Positions 50,129 to 63,912 are shown, numbered from the stretch's first letter. The stretch: DNA of 64,000 nt from Eledone cirrhosa (GCA_964016885.1 OZ024746.1:89280001-89344000), one strand, 5' to 3'. Notes: generated by a model not told the origin, from the letters alone. A program made the numbers and translations.

Positions 50129-50941
50129 ACTACCCGGTAATAACCAGGAAAGATGGGGTTATTCGCAGTTTTCAGAGTGCACCTAAAAATGCTAGCGACC
50201 CTGGGTGCCCACACTAGATTTTCATTAGCAAGCTTTGCTAGGTGTGTTGATGCTAGATCCATTTTTTTGTGTGAAACTATCAATAGCTGTTAACTCATAA
50301 GTCCTTTTTCCACCCATGTTTCTTCAGTGAGAGTGAATAAGGCGGGGAAGTTTGAGCTTGAAGAGTATCGAAGTTATTCAACAAACGTATGTATAAGAAT
50401 AGCAAACTTACTGCCTTAGCGTTGAAGAAGAAACACAGAACAATTGAGGAAGTCATCGCAATTATTGAAGAAATTATAACCGAGTGAACATATTCATGTA
50501 CTGTTCAAGCACCCTGTATATCACCGTTTGTAATGCCCTTCAAATGTTTGAAGGAATTCAATAAAACCATCCCGTTTTCCCCCTATAGTAGACATATCCG
50601 GAGAAAAAACACCATAATAAGTTGGATAAACAATCAGAAGTGTTGGCCCTAAAGAGGGACTTGTAACGTTCACTGTTGCAAAGTGTCAATGATGGAGGAG
50701 AAGTTACATCTTCTTAATTCGAAATATCGACAAAATAAACTCTACTCTCAAAGATTAACATGCCGGGAGTACGAATATTCGTCCACATACGATTTGTATT
50801 TTATTCTTTGGACTAATCTCATGGTAAGCTAGCTTCCAGGTCATTGATCATCACATTTCTTTGTAACTTATGACCGATTCCTGCGGTTAACATTAATGTG
50901 ACCTAAGCATGTGCATGTGTTCAGATTCCATATCAGTGGAT

Positions 50942-51023
<82 letters not shown>

Positions 51024-51400
51024 CATCTGTTCAGTCGTCAACCAAAATTAGATTGTCGTCTGCTTTGTTTGAAATTTCTTTATGTATATTTCTAATAAAT
51101 TGTTGCCTTGTTTTGGAGGACTGAGTTGTGGGAGGTGGAAGGGGAGTAGTGGCAGGTAGGGTTTAACATACAGTAGTAGTATCTTCTCTTCTCCCTCTCT
51201 CACTGAAACGTCTTCTCTTTCCTCCTCCATTGTAAAGATATCCCTAGGGGTTCCATTATTGAAATCCAATTGGTCAATCCTGTTTCTGAATATTAGCTTA
51301 ATATGTGTGTAAAGTTTCATCAGCATAAGATCACTGGTCTAGGCGCCAACTGGATATACACAGACACACAGACAGAAATTGCCATTTATATATATATATA
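50129..51400 (+). mobile_element. Probable non-autonomous Helitron-like element
   Basis: Starts actacccggtaataaccagg; ends tgtgtaaagtttcatc..ggtctaggcg..acagacacacagacagaaattgccatttatatata, resembling invertebrate non-autonomous rolling-circle elements. Confidence 0.45.
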
Positions 51401-51960
51401 TGGCGTCTCAATGCCTTCCACCTTTGTAGCCTGAGATGCATTTTGGATATCAAGAGGACCGACCTGGTCACCAACAGTGAAATCATATACACGCCAAGAT
51501 ACCCAGCATATATATCCTGCACAAACTGCTAGTTTTAGTGGCAGTATCAACAAGTTTATAATAAAAAGCTCTTACTTGCGAACTGATTTTGCGTGTGTGT
51601 CATTTTAACGGCCTGACCACATGCGTTAGGCAGGAAGCGAAATATTAACTTACTGTGAGACTAGCAACCTTATAGTATGGAAATAAGCTGTTTGAAGATC
51701 TAATTCTTTCCATTGGAAATTCTCTGGATTTCCAATCTTTGGATTGGTGAAACCGTCGGTAACAGCAATAGAACAGGTGATTATTTAAATCGTTTTTTAA
51801 TTTATTTAGATTATCGTTTGATAATTGGTTGCTTCGCTCTTTTTATATTGTTCTGGTATCTCAAATTAGTACCATCGAACCACAACATATTTCTATAGGG
51901 ACCTAGTGCCTGTTGAAATATTCATACCCTTTTACCTTTTATTTATATATATATATATAT

Positions 51961-52578
51961 ATTGTTATACTTGGGGAGGGTCATATTTGTGTAGTATTGC
52001 CAGAATTAATAACAGAACACACTCACTGTTTGGTTGGTTTTCGCTTCTGTGTCTTTTATATCGGTAATCTAATTTATTCGGTCCTCAATGTTGCCATTGA
52101 CTGACCAACGGTCAAAAATAATACAGATACAATATAGACACAAACACATATATATAGTTTATCAAAGTACTTTCGTTGCACATCTGCAAAATCGTCAGTG
52201 GTGCTATTGTTTCCTCCCGTTGCATTGTATTTTCTACGCCATCTTTATTTAGTCTGTTTATATATTTATTTATTTGTTTATTTTATTTTGTCTTCTTTGC
52301 GCATGCGTTTGCGTGTGTGTATAGTGTTTTGTTTGATGTGTGTTCGTGATTGGGTGACTGTGTATTGGTTAATGTATTCTATCTTTACTAGTGTGTGTTT
52401 ATATGTGTTTTGTTCTTATTGTGCTTGTGTATGTATTTATTTATTTATCTATTTATTTATTGATACTTCTCTTAGGTCAGTGTTGTTTGTTTGGGTGTTG
52501 TTTGTTTGGGTGTATAACAATATCTGTTTCGACACCACGATTTCATATAAAAAACCTCGCAAAACTAATTCATCGCCG

Positions 52579-52580
<2 letters not shown>
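51961..52580 (-). mobile_element. Family C pLTR with HHR (52163-52200) and inverted 3' terminus (52512-52580)
   Basis: Highly similar to 38113-38655; minus strand CTGACGA..GAAA-GTAC-TT. Confidence 0.88.
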
Positions 52581-52664
<84 letters not shown>

Positions 52665-53090
52665 GGTGGCTGCCAACTCGTTTTCGAGTACGGCCACTAC
52701 TTTATATCCATGTAGGAGAACCCTTACCGATGCGCTGAACAAGTGTGACTTTTTAGTCCAGCCAGCGACTTGAAAACTCTGGTACAAACACTACACTTGT
52801 GACAATGATTGACACATAGTGCTGGGCCCATGGTACCATGTGACGACAAGTGCAGAGAGATCTCCAGATATAAAGCAATGCCTGTGCCGTGAAGCTTTTA
52901 TAGTGAGCAAAGGCACTGCACAAAGCCAGTCCCACTCTCTTAACCAAGATGATATTTACCAAAAAGAAGAACAAGTCAACATCATTGGATACCATCAGGG
53001 TTGCAGGTGTTATATCAGAGTTTTCCTTCTCCTAGAATTCTGCCTTGACAAAGGCTAAGGGGTCATCTCTCCCGGAGATACATACATACA

Positions 53091-53136
<46 letters not shown>

Positions 53137-53222
53137 AACACACATATCTATATAAACACATATATATATATATAAACACACATATCCAACGCGCTGATGT
53201 GGCACCCTGCTTGAAATAGACG

Positions 53223-53273
<51 letters not shown>

Positions 53274-53571
53274 TATATATAAACACATCCACGTGTGTTT
53301 AGAAAGCCGCACAATGCATGTGGGTAAGATTACCAAGGTACCAATTCAGAAGAGAATTGAGATATTTGGGGTAGAAAGCAAAATGTGGGAGGAGGAAAAT
53401 ATAAGGAAATGAAGGATGACTGAAAGTTACTTTAGCACATTATTAGTCCCCAATTTTTTTTAGAAACTATCCATTAACATTGAGTTTGGTAGAGGGAATG
53501 GTCACAGAAATCAGAGATTTCCTTTCTGGTAGCTGATTATTTTCTGCTGTTTTGAGTATTGGTGGTGTTAA

Positions 53572-53765
53572 GGGCGGGGGATTGGCAGTATCGGTAGAGG
53601 TTCAGACGCCATGTTTGCAACATCGACTTACGGCCCTTTATGATCTGAGTTCAAATCCCGCCTTTCATGGTTATGGGGTCGATAAAATAATGTACCAGTC
53701 ACGCACTGGGGTCGATTTCATCTACATTCCCCTCCTCCAAAGCTGCTGGCCTTGTGCTTATATAA
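53572..53765 (+). mobile_element. SINE copy
   Basis: Same core as 16481 and 26450. Confidence 0.8.
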
Positions 53766-54870
53766 AAAAAAATATTTGTTGTGTTAGAGTTAAGTTTGAC
53801 GTGTGCATATGAAACAAGTTTGGTTAAAGTTTTTTATGTAAATTAACATAAATGAATTTTCCCAGTTTTTCATTTTAAGAAGGGCCCTTAATTTGTGATT
53901 GTCGTTTTACATAGCAAGCGTTGTTGCGTGTCATCCTATGAACAAGCGGTATTTTTTGCGAAACTATTCATTGTTTTAAAAAAATATATAACAAAAGAAA
54001 TGGTGAAGGTAATGTTCTAATGCATATATTATTGGATGAAATGTGTGCTAACATATACAAAACATGGCCGTATACATTCTCGCGATATTTAAGTTTGGTC
54101 AGTCTATTAGGAAAGTTCAATAGGTAATCGTGGTGGTTAATACAATACTGGAACAAAGTTGCAAACCTTTTCAGCTTTGTATAAGTAAATATTATTAATC
54201 TAACGTAATATTTTGCTGATTTTGCTTTAAATTTTGAACACTATTTTTAAAGATTTCTAATGAAAAGTTTTCGATAATTTGTAGCAATCTCAGCAATGTT
54301 GGTAAACTGGCATCTTTTGTATTGCTTTTAAAAGATGAATTATTACTGATAAGGACACCTGGAATATCAGAGATAAAGATATTGTTTGAATAAGACAATT
54401 CTTTATACATTATATAATTTATTCGTTTATATTTCACGCAAATTAAGTTAACATGTGGTATCAAACACAAAATAAATCTGTAGAAAAATCTAAAGGTGCA
54501 ATACCTATAAATCTAAATAAAATCAAGGAAGTGTAAATAATGTTTATGTGATAAAATATACAACACGGCTGGAAGAGTAAAAAAATTGTTTTCATAAACC
54601 TATTGCGAATGCTGTGAAATAGTAACTGGCAGTTGAAGTTAACACTATTGTAACCAACTAAAACAAACTTTACAATGAGGGAGAATAGTAAAGGAAATCT
54701 ACCAAAAATAGCATACATACAGACGCATCTCACCTTGCTAAAGTGGGATCTTTAGTACTCCAAACTATCTAAAATACTACCTTCAATATTATTAAAGAAA
54801 TTAAAGAGAATAAGATTTGGACTATAAAAAAGATAAGTCTGAAAAAGTACTGAAGTTTAAAGTTTATGCA

Positions 54871-55038
54871 CCGTATTTTCCGGCGTCGAAGACGCTACTT
54901 TTTTCCTAAAATAAGTCTCGAAAATCTACCATGCGTCCTGGAGGCCGAAGGCTGTTTATTATGTTTTTTCAAATTTTTGGTTGTCAAAATTAGACTGCAT
55001 CCTCGACGACTAAGCGGCTTCAGCGCCGGGAAATGCGG
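54871..55038. mobile_element. MITE with Tc2/pogo-like terminal inverted repeats
   Basis: ccgtattttccggcg .. cgccgggaaatgcgg followed by TA. Confidence 0.7.
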
Positions 55039-55907
55039 TAAAACATTAAGCTAGTAGTGTACACATATGAGAAATACATTAGATTAAACGTTTACAAAGC
55101 CAGATTGTAATTTACAATTATTGAGAAACAATAAAAACATATTCGGAAATATCGTTAATAATGGGTAATTCCAGAATTATTAAAGTTAGTATATTTTTGC
55201 ATACACGAGACTAATAGACCTGTAACTAACTATGTATAACATTTATGTGAGATTTTTATGAAGTATAATATATCATTAGAATGCCAAGAAACATTTTCTT
55301 TTAGTAAGGTCATGTTTTTCTCAAACACACAATTTACGGTGTTTATATTTCGGAGGCTAAACATTCATTTATGAGGCCAAAGATTGTACAATATTTAGTG
55401 GTATCTTGTCATATTAGCCTCGAGCTCGAGAGCTACTTCTCACAAAATTGGGGAGCAGAAAAGAATTAATTTCGAGTTATAGGCGGACAGATTACATTTT
55501 GTGTCATTCGATATGAAGTTCTCCATCATATTTGGTCCTCGAATGCAGCTCCCCTGTATCAAATCAGGATGACGTGTGACATATATTGAATGAAACACAA
55601 TAGGTAGAGTAGCTGATGAATCGGATAATGTTGGTGAGTCATGCGTTTGCTCTTGTAGCCTCCCATCTGCGGCATGTAGTCGAAACAAATTATCCAATAA
55701 TGCTTGTAGCATGTGTTTATTTGTTGTTCTGAACTCAGCTTGTGATACTAATAAGACTATGACTTTTGTGAGAGAACCAAGTTCAGCACTCGATGCAGAG
55801 CAGTGTGTATTTAATATTTAAAGTGATTTTTGTTCTGTTAACACTGATCTTAGGACTAGGCAGACTTGGAGTGTACTCTGGGGTGCCAAACCAGATCACA
55901 TGTGTTG

Positions 55908-55929
<22 letters not shown>

Positions 55930-55949
<20 letters not shown>

Positions 55950-56571
55950 CTGTGAGTAACAAACAACACATGCACATAAATACGAACTACAACACAAAAA
56001 ACACTTAAATGAAAATCACATACCCAACTCTATCTAGTGCTTTACATTACACCTTACATAAAAAAGAATACCTACATTATCACCACATGCGTCTTTTAAT
56101 ATATTGCACACTATCGTAAATGTTTATAACAAATATAACATGCTTTAACACCCCACACAAAATATGTTTATTTCAACTGCATTATAACTCTTTCCTCATA
56201 CATGCATTATTGACTGTATTGACTCCTGCATTGTACACCAATTGTCCTGGCTTCTACCTTCTTTCCTTGTCTTCTTTTGCTTGTGATATTTTTTGCTTGT
56301 GCTTTTTACTTTTACTTATACCTATTACACTCCCAACCAGTCCTGCTTGTAATTGTGTTATTTCAAGCGGAACATCTTTTTAACTCCTAAATATCCACAT
56401 GATGCCTTTGACACTAATAACAACTATGTACCCTAAATGTTCTAAATGACTAGGATTCTAGTTACACGTTTTCGACATTCCTTATCCTCCGATGATTCCA
56501 GACTTCCCTCTGGAAGAAACAATTGTCAGTTAATAAATGTTCTAAACTAAAATTTGATCCTTTTAACACTT

Positions 56572-56575
<4 letters not shown>
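55930..56575 (+). mobile_element. Solo family H pLTR with hammerhead motif 56487-56529
   Basis: CCGATGA-ttccaga cttccc tctggaa-GAAA-CAATTG-TC; homologous to 4640-5290; TA-flanked. Confidence 0.85.
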
Positions 56576-56650
<75 letters not shown>

Positions 56651-56656
<6 letters not shown>

Positions 56657-56999
56657 GTGAGGTTTTTTTTACAAAATGAAAAATAACCGAGTGAAAGTAT
56701 AAAGAAAAAGAGATGAAATCGAAAATGCAACTGGAGTCTTATTTTTTTTTTAAATATATATATTTATTTGGTTGCTTTACCGGTGTTTCGCGGTTCTTCT
56801 GCTTTTCAAAAGGTGAGTTGAGATGGAGGGTCTGTGGTTTTTCTCACATCTGATGTGAGAAAAACCACACACCCTCCATCTCAACTCACCTTTTGAAAAG
56901 CAGAAGAACCGCGAAACCGGTAAAGCAACCAAATAAATATATATATTTAAAAAAAAAATAAGACTCCAGTTGCATTTTCGATTTCATCTCTTTTTCTTT

Positions 57000-57002
<3 letters not shown>
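56651..57002 (-). mobile_element. Fold-back element with ~152-bp arms and 1-nt spacer (centre 56851)
   Basis: Near-perfect palindrome 56698-57002; decayed HHR-like GAAA-CCGG-TA in the arms. Confidence 0.9.
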
Positions 57003-57043
<41 letters not shown>

Positions 57044-58019
57044 GATAGAACCAGTTGAAAGTTAGTTGGACCATTACTCAATAGTGTACTGGATACATAG
57101 GGCTCCTTCCCATAACAAGCTGTTGGGTTATTCATGTCATGTTCACATCTTTAGATTTATACGCTTATGGTATAATTTCATCCCGTAAAACTATAATTCA
57201 GGTTACAAAAGTATCATGTTTATGATAGTACTAATAATTAACATTTTACCTTTACCATCGTCCTTCAATTCCGATGTTGTTCGACTTTGTAGAGACGAGT
57301 TAACTACCTCACATTCGAAGGAGTTTAACGTAATTAACCTTTCACATATCTGATCTTCTAATTTAATATATAACTTACATTTAATATATATTTTCCTAAT
57401 GTCAATAATTTCATGTTTCGAAACAGTTTTAACTATTTCTACAGTTTATTCCATTTTCTATCCACTTTATTTTAATTACCCTCAATTCTAAGCATATACA
57501 ATTATATTTAAATATACATTTCTTTCATTTAAAATATGTTAATCTTCTCTTGTTCAAAATTTAGTGTTATAGTTTACAAGCATTTAGGAAACACAAAAGG
57601 AATAATTTCTACTTTGATAGCGATATTAATTTTCACTCAACTTATTCATTTTAACAACAGTTCAACGTCATTGAAATTGATATTTGGTATATAGAATATA
57701 GAACGCTGGTCCAAAATCAATAGTTTCCCACTTATATATAACAAAATTAATATTCGTCATATTCTAATTCATCAATATCTATTCCTTAAGTTGGAGGACA
57801 GAACAATGCCTTATTGCTATTTTCAATGCTTCTGAAAGCTGATCCAAAAGCTTGATTTTAGTCACAAAGATTCACAAGGGATACGTGCTTGTATTAGGCT
57901 CCAAAATATTAAATGCAATACACTCAATAAAATTCTGCAAGCGCTAATAGAATTGTACAGTGCCGCAAATAATATAATGATTGAAATACCCCAACAAATA
58001 TCTGAACACTAAGAACGAG

Positions 58020-58400
58020 GTGTTTAGTGGATGGCTACACCTCAAATCATATCTTTTATCTGCATAGGAAAAGGCTGGCACCGTCCATATTCAGTCAATG
58101 TGTACCGACCTTACTCCGATATGTCGGTCTTTCCCACCGTACAGATATCACCCGGTACTTAAATACCCACATACATAGACAGGCACACAACGTTTACAGA
58201 AAACCATTGAACACAGGTCTATACCAACCTCCTTCACTTAGTTCCATCTATTTCTCACACAATAAATTAAATACCCAACAGAAAATAAGGATGATTATCA
58301 AAAATATACAATACATACAAAATCAAACAAATCTAAACACAAGAGGTACTATCCTCGAATAACCATGTAACCATATCCAGATTAATTAACATTCCTCCTT
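58020..58400 (+). mobile_element. Possible very old PLE RT remnant
   Basis: VYRKPLNTGLY resembles the PLE thumb motif VYRKPT.TG.Y; no other clear motif. Confidence 0.35.
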
Positions 58401-58982
58401 TGTTCTCACATTATGTGTGTCATACAAACCAACGGTAATGATCTAATATATTCTCGCCCATTGAAAGCCATTTCCAAGTTAGAACATAATAAACTTGTGA
58501 ATACAGAGGTATGTTTCGAAACATTAGTTAGATATTACCTGCGAGGAACAGACATCAATGATATTTAAGCTCCAGTCAACGATATAAATCATTTTTCGTT
58601 CTTCCTTTCTATGCAAAAATATGAGAGTTTAGATCGATATCCAATGATTCCGATCTCGTTGCGTACAATTTGGCCAACAAATCCATCTGGAGCACAGGCT
58701 TGTGATGATCAATCGTAAGGCAACATTACCACTCTGAGGCCTTAGCTCTGAAACTAGAGTGGAAGTAGTAGTTCAACAGCTTAGTATATGAACACGTTTA
58801 AATACTTGCAATATCATCAATCCAAACAGCTAGTATTCTTCTAGATTAGCTCACAAAACCTGACGGAATGAAACATTCCACGTGTTTGGCTTCTGCAGTA
58901 CTGTTTCAAATTCTGTAGTGAATCCGCTAGTCATCGATTATTGATAAAGCAATAACCAGTAAATCTTGGACACACACACACA

Positions 58983-59052
58983 TTAAAATAACAGATTAAA
59001 GTTTAAGCCATGAATCGCTGCTTTCACCCTTAACTGGATCTACTGAAACTGA
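58983..59052 (-). mobile_element. Family B fragment retaining stem I (agttt/aaact) with decayed core
   Basis: Homologous to 32384-32445. Confidence 0.7.
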
Positions 59053-59336
59053 AAAAAAATATATATATATATATATACAAGTGGAAGCTTAGTAAAATCG
59101 AAGCTTTGGCCGTGGCCAAGCAAAGTCTACCTACAATGGGAATGAGTTAGCAAAGCACCCAATAAGGGTAGGTTCTTAGAGTAATAACATACGTTTAAAT
59201 AGCTTGACAAATTGAACATTGCGGTAGGCAAAACCCAACCACACAATACCAAAGTAACGAAAGAACTAACAGGTTAAATATATATATATATATATACGAT
59301 ATTAATAAATGGAAACTATATTTATAAAACCATATT

Positions 59337-59401
59337 TATTTCATTATACATATTTCAGGGATACCAAATTAAATTATGGTATGCCTTCATCAGACAAAAT
59401 A
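59337..59401 (-). ncRNA. Hammerhead ribozyme (family E)
   Basis: Minus strand: tattttgt-CTGATGA-aggcatacca..tggtatccct-GAAA-TATGTA-TA-atgaaata. Confidence 0.85.
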
Positions 59402-60006
59402 CAATATATAACAGTTTTACAAATAAGCTTTGACGTACCCTTTTAAAATGCAACCATTATTTTTGGAAGCCATCTGGATAGTGAGTTGTTTATATTATTT
59501 TAATAAGTCATAGTATTAAGGACAATTAGAAAAAGACGGAGAGAAAGAAAAAGACGGAGAGAGAGAAAGAAAAAACGTGGAGAAATATCGGAGAGAGAGA
59601 AATGCATGGAGAAAAAAGAAAGAGATAAATAAAGACAGGAGGAAAGAAAGAAAAAAGAAAAAAGGAAGAAATAAGAAAAACAGAGGAAAGCAACAGAGAG
59701 ATATTAAGTCATCAGACAGATAGAAAAACTCAAGAGAGAGAAATATTATATAGAGAGAGTGGGAGATAATGAAAACTTTACGTCATGTCATATTAAGTTG
59801 AGTTAACAATTTATATGAAATGAATAATAAAAATATAAATATTAATATTCATGAATGGGACATAAATATATAATATGAGAAATTAAACATTGTTTAATAA
59901 TGACTATATGTTTAGTTTAAAACTTGAGATCAATATACCAAAATTTGGGTTTAATCATCCAAAATGTACACATTGCTAGAGAAATCAGTATCTTAGGCAA
60001 AGACAC

Positions 60007-60050
<44 letters not shown>

Positions 60051-60054
<4 letters not shown>

Positions 60055-62848
60055 TCATCATCATCATCATCATCATCAGGTTTAGCGTCCGTGTTCCACG
60101 CTTGCATGGGTTTGGACGGGGGTTTTCCCACTTGAGGCAAGAGTGGTTGTCTTGCTCGCATAGGACTGTCTGGCGGGTTTTCTACAGTTGGATGCCCTTC
60201 CTAACACCAACCACATTTACAGTCTGGGGCTGGGAGGTTTTTACCGTGTTGCCTACACGGCCACATTACAGCGTGGACTGTCTGGCGGGTTTTCTACAGC
60301 TGGATGCCCTTCCTAACTCCAACCACATTTACAGTGTGGGGCTGGGAGGTTTTTACCGTGTTGCCTACACGGCCACATTTACAGCGTGGACTGTGTGTTT
60401 TTTGTCGTGACACCTACACGATCTCATTTGTTTCGGCCTGGATGTTGTGGGACCAACATAACTGTACATTGAAAGGGGCGGTGTGGATGGGGTGGAGGTG
60501 GTGGGACGGGGGGGGGGGGTGTTTTGATAGAGATGCCTACTGACTGTAGTAGGTTTTTACTTTGTATTTAGGTAAGGCGGGTCTTCTCTATTACTGAGTA
60601 CCGCCAAAGGTCTCGGTCCAGTGACATTGTCTTGGAGAGGTGTAAGCGTGTGAGGTCGGAATTTATCAGCTCGTCCCATGTTTTTCTGGGTCTGCCTACT
60701 CCATGGCTACCGTCTATCTTTATTGCCCTGCACTTTGTTATACAGCTGACGTCTTTCATGCGCATCACGTGACCGTACCAACGTAGCCTTCTCTCGAGTA
60801 AACAACATCTGATCCCTCTTATTTCTAATTTTTTCCTTAGTTCGTTTATGCTTTGCCGTTCACGTATATTACTATTGCACATCCAGCGGAGCATGCAAGC
60901 TTCGTTCCTCTCTAGTCTGCGTATATCCTCTGCACACAATGCCCAGGTCTCACTGCCATGCAGCATTGCTGTTCGTATGCAGGCATCGTATAACCTGCCT
61001 TTCATTTTTAGGGAGAACCCTCTAGCGGCTAATAGTGGTATAAGCTCTCTGAACTTTTTCCATCCAGTTCTGACTCTAGCTACTGTACTTTCAGAGCACC
61101 CTCCCCCACTGCTGATTTTGTCACCCAGGTAACGGAAGCTGTCCACTATTTCTATAGAACCCTCTGCGCAGTTGAAGGAGCTAGTATTTTGTGGGCACTT
61201 GCTGCTACTTATTGCACCAGAGCACCGGCCACATGTAAAATCTATGTTCTTAGTTAGCTTACCTGTGATCCCACTACATCTTTTATGCACCCATACTTTG
61301 CATTTGGGACATAAAATGGAGTTTCTACCTACGCCTTTCCTACACACTGAGCATGGCCATTTCCCAGATGGGACTGCCGCCATATTTTCTTTCCTACAAA
61401 CTAGAACTTTAGTCTTAGCCAGGTTAATTTTAAGGCCTTTTGATTCTAGGCCGTGCTTCCATGTTTGGAATTTCTTCTCTAGTTCGGTCATTGATTCAGC
61501 TATGAGCGTTAGATCATCTGCGTATAGGAGTTCCCATGGGCAGCCGGTCTTGAACTCCTCTGTTATAGCCTGAAGGGCAATAATAAATAGTAGGGGGCTA
61601 AGAACAGAGCCCTGATGGACACCAACTTTTACGCTAAACTCTTCACTATATTCGTTGTTAATTCTAACCTTACTGACTGTTTCTTTATACATGGCTTGTA
61701 TAGCTCTCACAAGCCATTCGTCAACACCTAGTTTTCTAAGAGACCACCAGATAATGGAACGGGGGACTCTGTCGACGGCTTTCTCCAAGTCGACGAAAGC
61801 TAAGTATAGGGGTTTACTTTTAGCTAGGTACTTCTCCTGTAGTTGTCGTACAATGAAAAGAGCGTCTGTGGTACTTTTGCCTGACACAAATCCGAACTGC
61901 ATTTCATCTAGATCAATTCTCTCTGTGATTAGTTGCGCTATTACTTTTTCCGTGACCTTCATGACCTGGTCGATTAATTTAATGCCTCTATAGTTACTCC
62001 TATCTAGGGCATCTCCTTTTCCCTTATAGCAGTTAACGATGATGCTGCTACGCCAGTCCTTCGGAACAACCCCATTCTGTACGACTTGGTTAACTATCCG
62101 GGTGACCATGGTGTGTCCCACCGAACCAGATGCCTTCAGCATCTCAGCAACTATTTCCGAAGGACCAGCCGCCTTACCCGTCTTCATATCTTTGATTGCC
62201 TTGCTTATTGTACTACCCTGGACTAACACTGCTGGTCCCTCTATTGGGTCGATGTGGGGGAGACTGTCTTTCTCCCATTTGTTCTCCTCATTTAGAAGCC
62301 TTTCGTAGTGACACTTCCAAGCTACCTTCTTATCAGCGTCGGTGATGGCAAGTATGCCATCATCGTTAAGCACACACTTCTCCCCGACAATATCACGGTT
62401 TTCCTTGACACATTGCCTGGCAATCCTGAACACCTCACGTTTTTGGTCCTCACGTTGTAGAACATGCTTGAACTTTCTTTCCTCTGCTTCCCTTCTTGCG
62501 AAGTACACTTGTCTCCTAGCTTCCCTCCTGGCCACCTGATAGTCTTCTCTACTTCCCCCATCCCGCCATGCTTTCCAAGCCTGCTTTCCAAGCCTGCCGC
62601 CGTCAGCAGGTTTGCTCTCAGGAATTCCCACTGTTCCTCTATATTATACGACTCTAATTGCTCTTCCTTACTGTCGAAAGCATCAAGTAATATGCTTTGA
62701 AATTTATTTCTGGCTATGGGGTCCTTTAGCTTCCATATTTTTCTCCTGAGGATAGTCCTCTTCCGCTGTCTAGTACGTCTCGTCCTGACTATGAGGTCGC
62801 TAATTATCAGTCTATGTTGGGAGGTGAATTCTTCATGGGGGAGGGAAC
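60051..62848 (-). mobile_element. RTE-clade LINE, 5'-truncated, young, with (GAT)n tail, inserted in (TA)n
   Basis: Tail (atc)n at 60051-60077; 3' UTR with ~113-bp tandem duplication; APE C-terminal SQHRLII near 62810; long RT ORF. Confidence 0.95.
60568..62600 (-). CDS. RTE reverse transcriptase (open, N-terminally truncated) with an embedded PHD-like Cys/His finger
   Basis: YKGKGD..NYRGIKL, QFGF..KSTTDA, FVDLEKA.DRV, GVHQGSVLSP, LLYADD, FRYLGD, LRWYGHVMR, GRPRKTW. Confidence 0.93.
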
Positions 62849-62860
62849 TATATATATATA

Positions 62861-63222
62861 GTTAAAAGAATAGAGGTGTAACACACAAGTTATTATATAT
62901 TGGTAAACGGAATAGAAAATGTTGACAAATTGTTCACAGTTGAAAAATGGTTTAATTAGGAATAAAAGAGTATTAGTGATTGTATGGGTTAGTATTCAGT
63001 TGTGGTTTTAAGTTTTTAAGTTTTTACCGGTTGCGCATTTCTAAATGCTTTTCAAAAATAATTTTGAGATAGAGTGTCCGTGCTGTTTGCTCTGATCGGT
63101 AAAAACTTAAAAACTTAAAACCACAACTGAATACTAACCCATACAATCACTAATACTCTTTTATTCCTAATTGAACCATTTTTGAACTGTGAACAATTTG
63201 TCAGCATTTTCTATTCCGTTTA

Positions 63223-63230
<8 letters not shown>
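62861..63230 (-). mobile_element. Family G fold-back element (arms 62894-63029 and 63097-63230)
   Basis: Inverted arms with few mismatches; homologous to 3925-4085 downstream of the first PLE. Confidence 0.88.
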
Positions 63231-63317
<87 letters not shown>

Positions 63318-63732
63318 GCACGTCCTGAAAATAGAAATTATATTTACTCAAGTCAACAATATAGACATACAACACGCAGACGATTTCTCTTAATCACTGC
63401 TATACATTCTTTGTGTTATAAAAAGTTCACAGTATATATACATAAATATATACGATTAACATTCATGTCTTCATATATACGATTACCATTCATGCATTTA
63501 ACATTCTGTTAAAATTATGCATATCTGCAATCAAAACTGCGTGGTTAGGCAACATATCTCTTACCCACACACATACATATACATATATATATATACACAT
63601 ATATATGTATAAATAAATATTTGCGTGCGTCTTCCCGCATCGCTCATGTATACATACAGACATATATATACAATCATAAAAATCCTAAAACACTTTTGTT
63701 AATACACATATGTTAATACACACATACACATT

Positions 63733-63867
63733 TGAAATAAATATGGTTTTATAAATATAGTTTCCATTTATTAATATCGTATATCTACTCCAAATACTTG
63801 TCGAGTGCTTTATATCAGTTATAAAAATATTTACTTATTGTATCCCAACAATTTTAAATAGAACTTT

Positions 63868-63870
<3 letters not shown>
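63733..63870 (+). mobile_element. Family E 3' tail; first 48 bp are the exact reverse complement of 59296-59343
   Basis: tgaaataaatatggttttataaatatagtttccatttattaatatcgt, then actcc..cGAGTGCttt tail and (TA)n. Confidence 0.85.

Positions 63871-63912
<42 letters not shown>

Noticed and set aside
52198-52773. 191-aa hydrophobic ORF (and similar at 38244-38954)
   Set aside because: Antisense of the low-complexity family C pLTR; the frame is not conserved between copies.
55606-55653. Hammerhead-like agagtag-CTGATGA-atcgg..ttggt-GAGT..ttgctct
   Set aside because: GAAA and UH are absent and the stems rely on many G-U pairs; too decayed to call.
60848-62700. Plus-strand ORFs of 65-133 aa
   Set aside because: Antisense shadows of the RTE RT ORF.
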